This document shows, in pieces, positions 51,016-51,612 of a DNA stretch of 51,612 bases; position 1 is the first letter of the stretch; the number at the start of each line of letters is the position of its first letter. The notes below the pieces were generated by a model. That model made no database searches, was not told where the DNA came from, and worked only from the letters and a program-made list of their open reading frames with translations. Location of the stretch: NCBI RefSeq assembly GCF_001194135.2, contig NC_068983.1, positions 139,667,786-139,719,397 on the forward strand. Direction: 5' to 3'. The position numbers and the translations under genes were made by a program. Source of the DNA: Octopus bimaculoides. Lineage: Eukaryota.

Positions 51016-51612
51016 ACGACTGTATTTTACGTTCGTATGTGACGAATATCACACTTCATGTCAGATGTCATCATGATACATGTATTTTGATTCTTATTAA
51101 ATTTTCATATTCTATGTCGACTATAGTCACTCTGCAATGAGTTATTTTATACGAAATCTCTGCATGCCTACATATATGTAGCGGTAAGTGTGCATAGAAA
51201 TGAAATGAATTATCACACGTTTCACAAATCAATTGCTTTATTTGGTGCTATATCAACAACATAAAACTGTGGATTTGTCATATATGATAAATATAAAACA
51301 AATTGATTGCATCATCTCTCATATTTCATTGTTGGAAACCTGACGCAGTACAAAATGAGAAAGAAAAAAATGTCAGTTGAAATATTGGTATTCACAAAAA
51401 GAAATTGAAATAACTTTATTAAGGAAATAAGAAACAAATAATAGTTCAAGTATATTGCGAATAAGATTTTGAATATCTAATAAATACGTTTTGGAAACAT
51501 TAAATAGTTAATAATATGCTACACGATTTTATTGAAGGCATTTCCAGATTCTATCATTGTGTTTGTATGTATGTACTTGCATATACTATATGTATATATA
51601 TATGTGTGTGTG

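Overview
AT-rich, microsatellite-dense eukaryotic DNA with 14 assembly gaps (about 5.6 kb of N). The SINE families and simple repeats look octopus/cephalopod-like; this is an inference from recalled repeat families, not a database result. No host gene can be recognised with confidence, and most entries in the ORF track are artefacts of N-runs or microsatellites. The supportable content is decayed mobile DNA: a CR1-group LINE with an 18-bp minisatellite expanded inside its ORF, an RTE LINE, three R4/Dong-type LINE relics plus a 3' fragment, two mariner relics and many SINEs. Four observations stand out. (1) A complete minimal type I hammerhead ribozyme fold at 30756-30817, with several decayed hammerhead-like motifs elsewhere beside microsatellites or gaps. 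(2) R4/Dong junctions that repeatedly abut (TACA)n/(CATA)n, suggesting microsatellite targeting. (3) The LINE-born minisatellite with higher-order variant blocks. (4) A frame-consistent three-exon candidate on the minus strand (35319-33641) encoding an unrecognised peptide.
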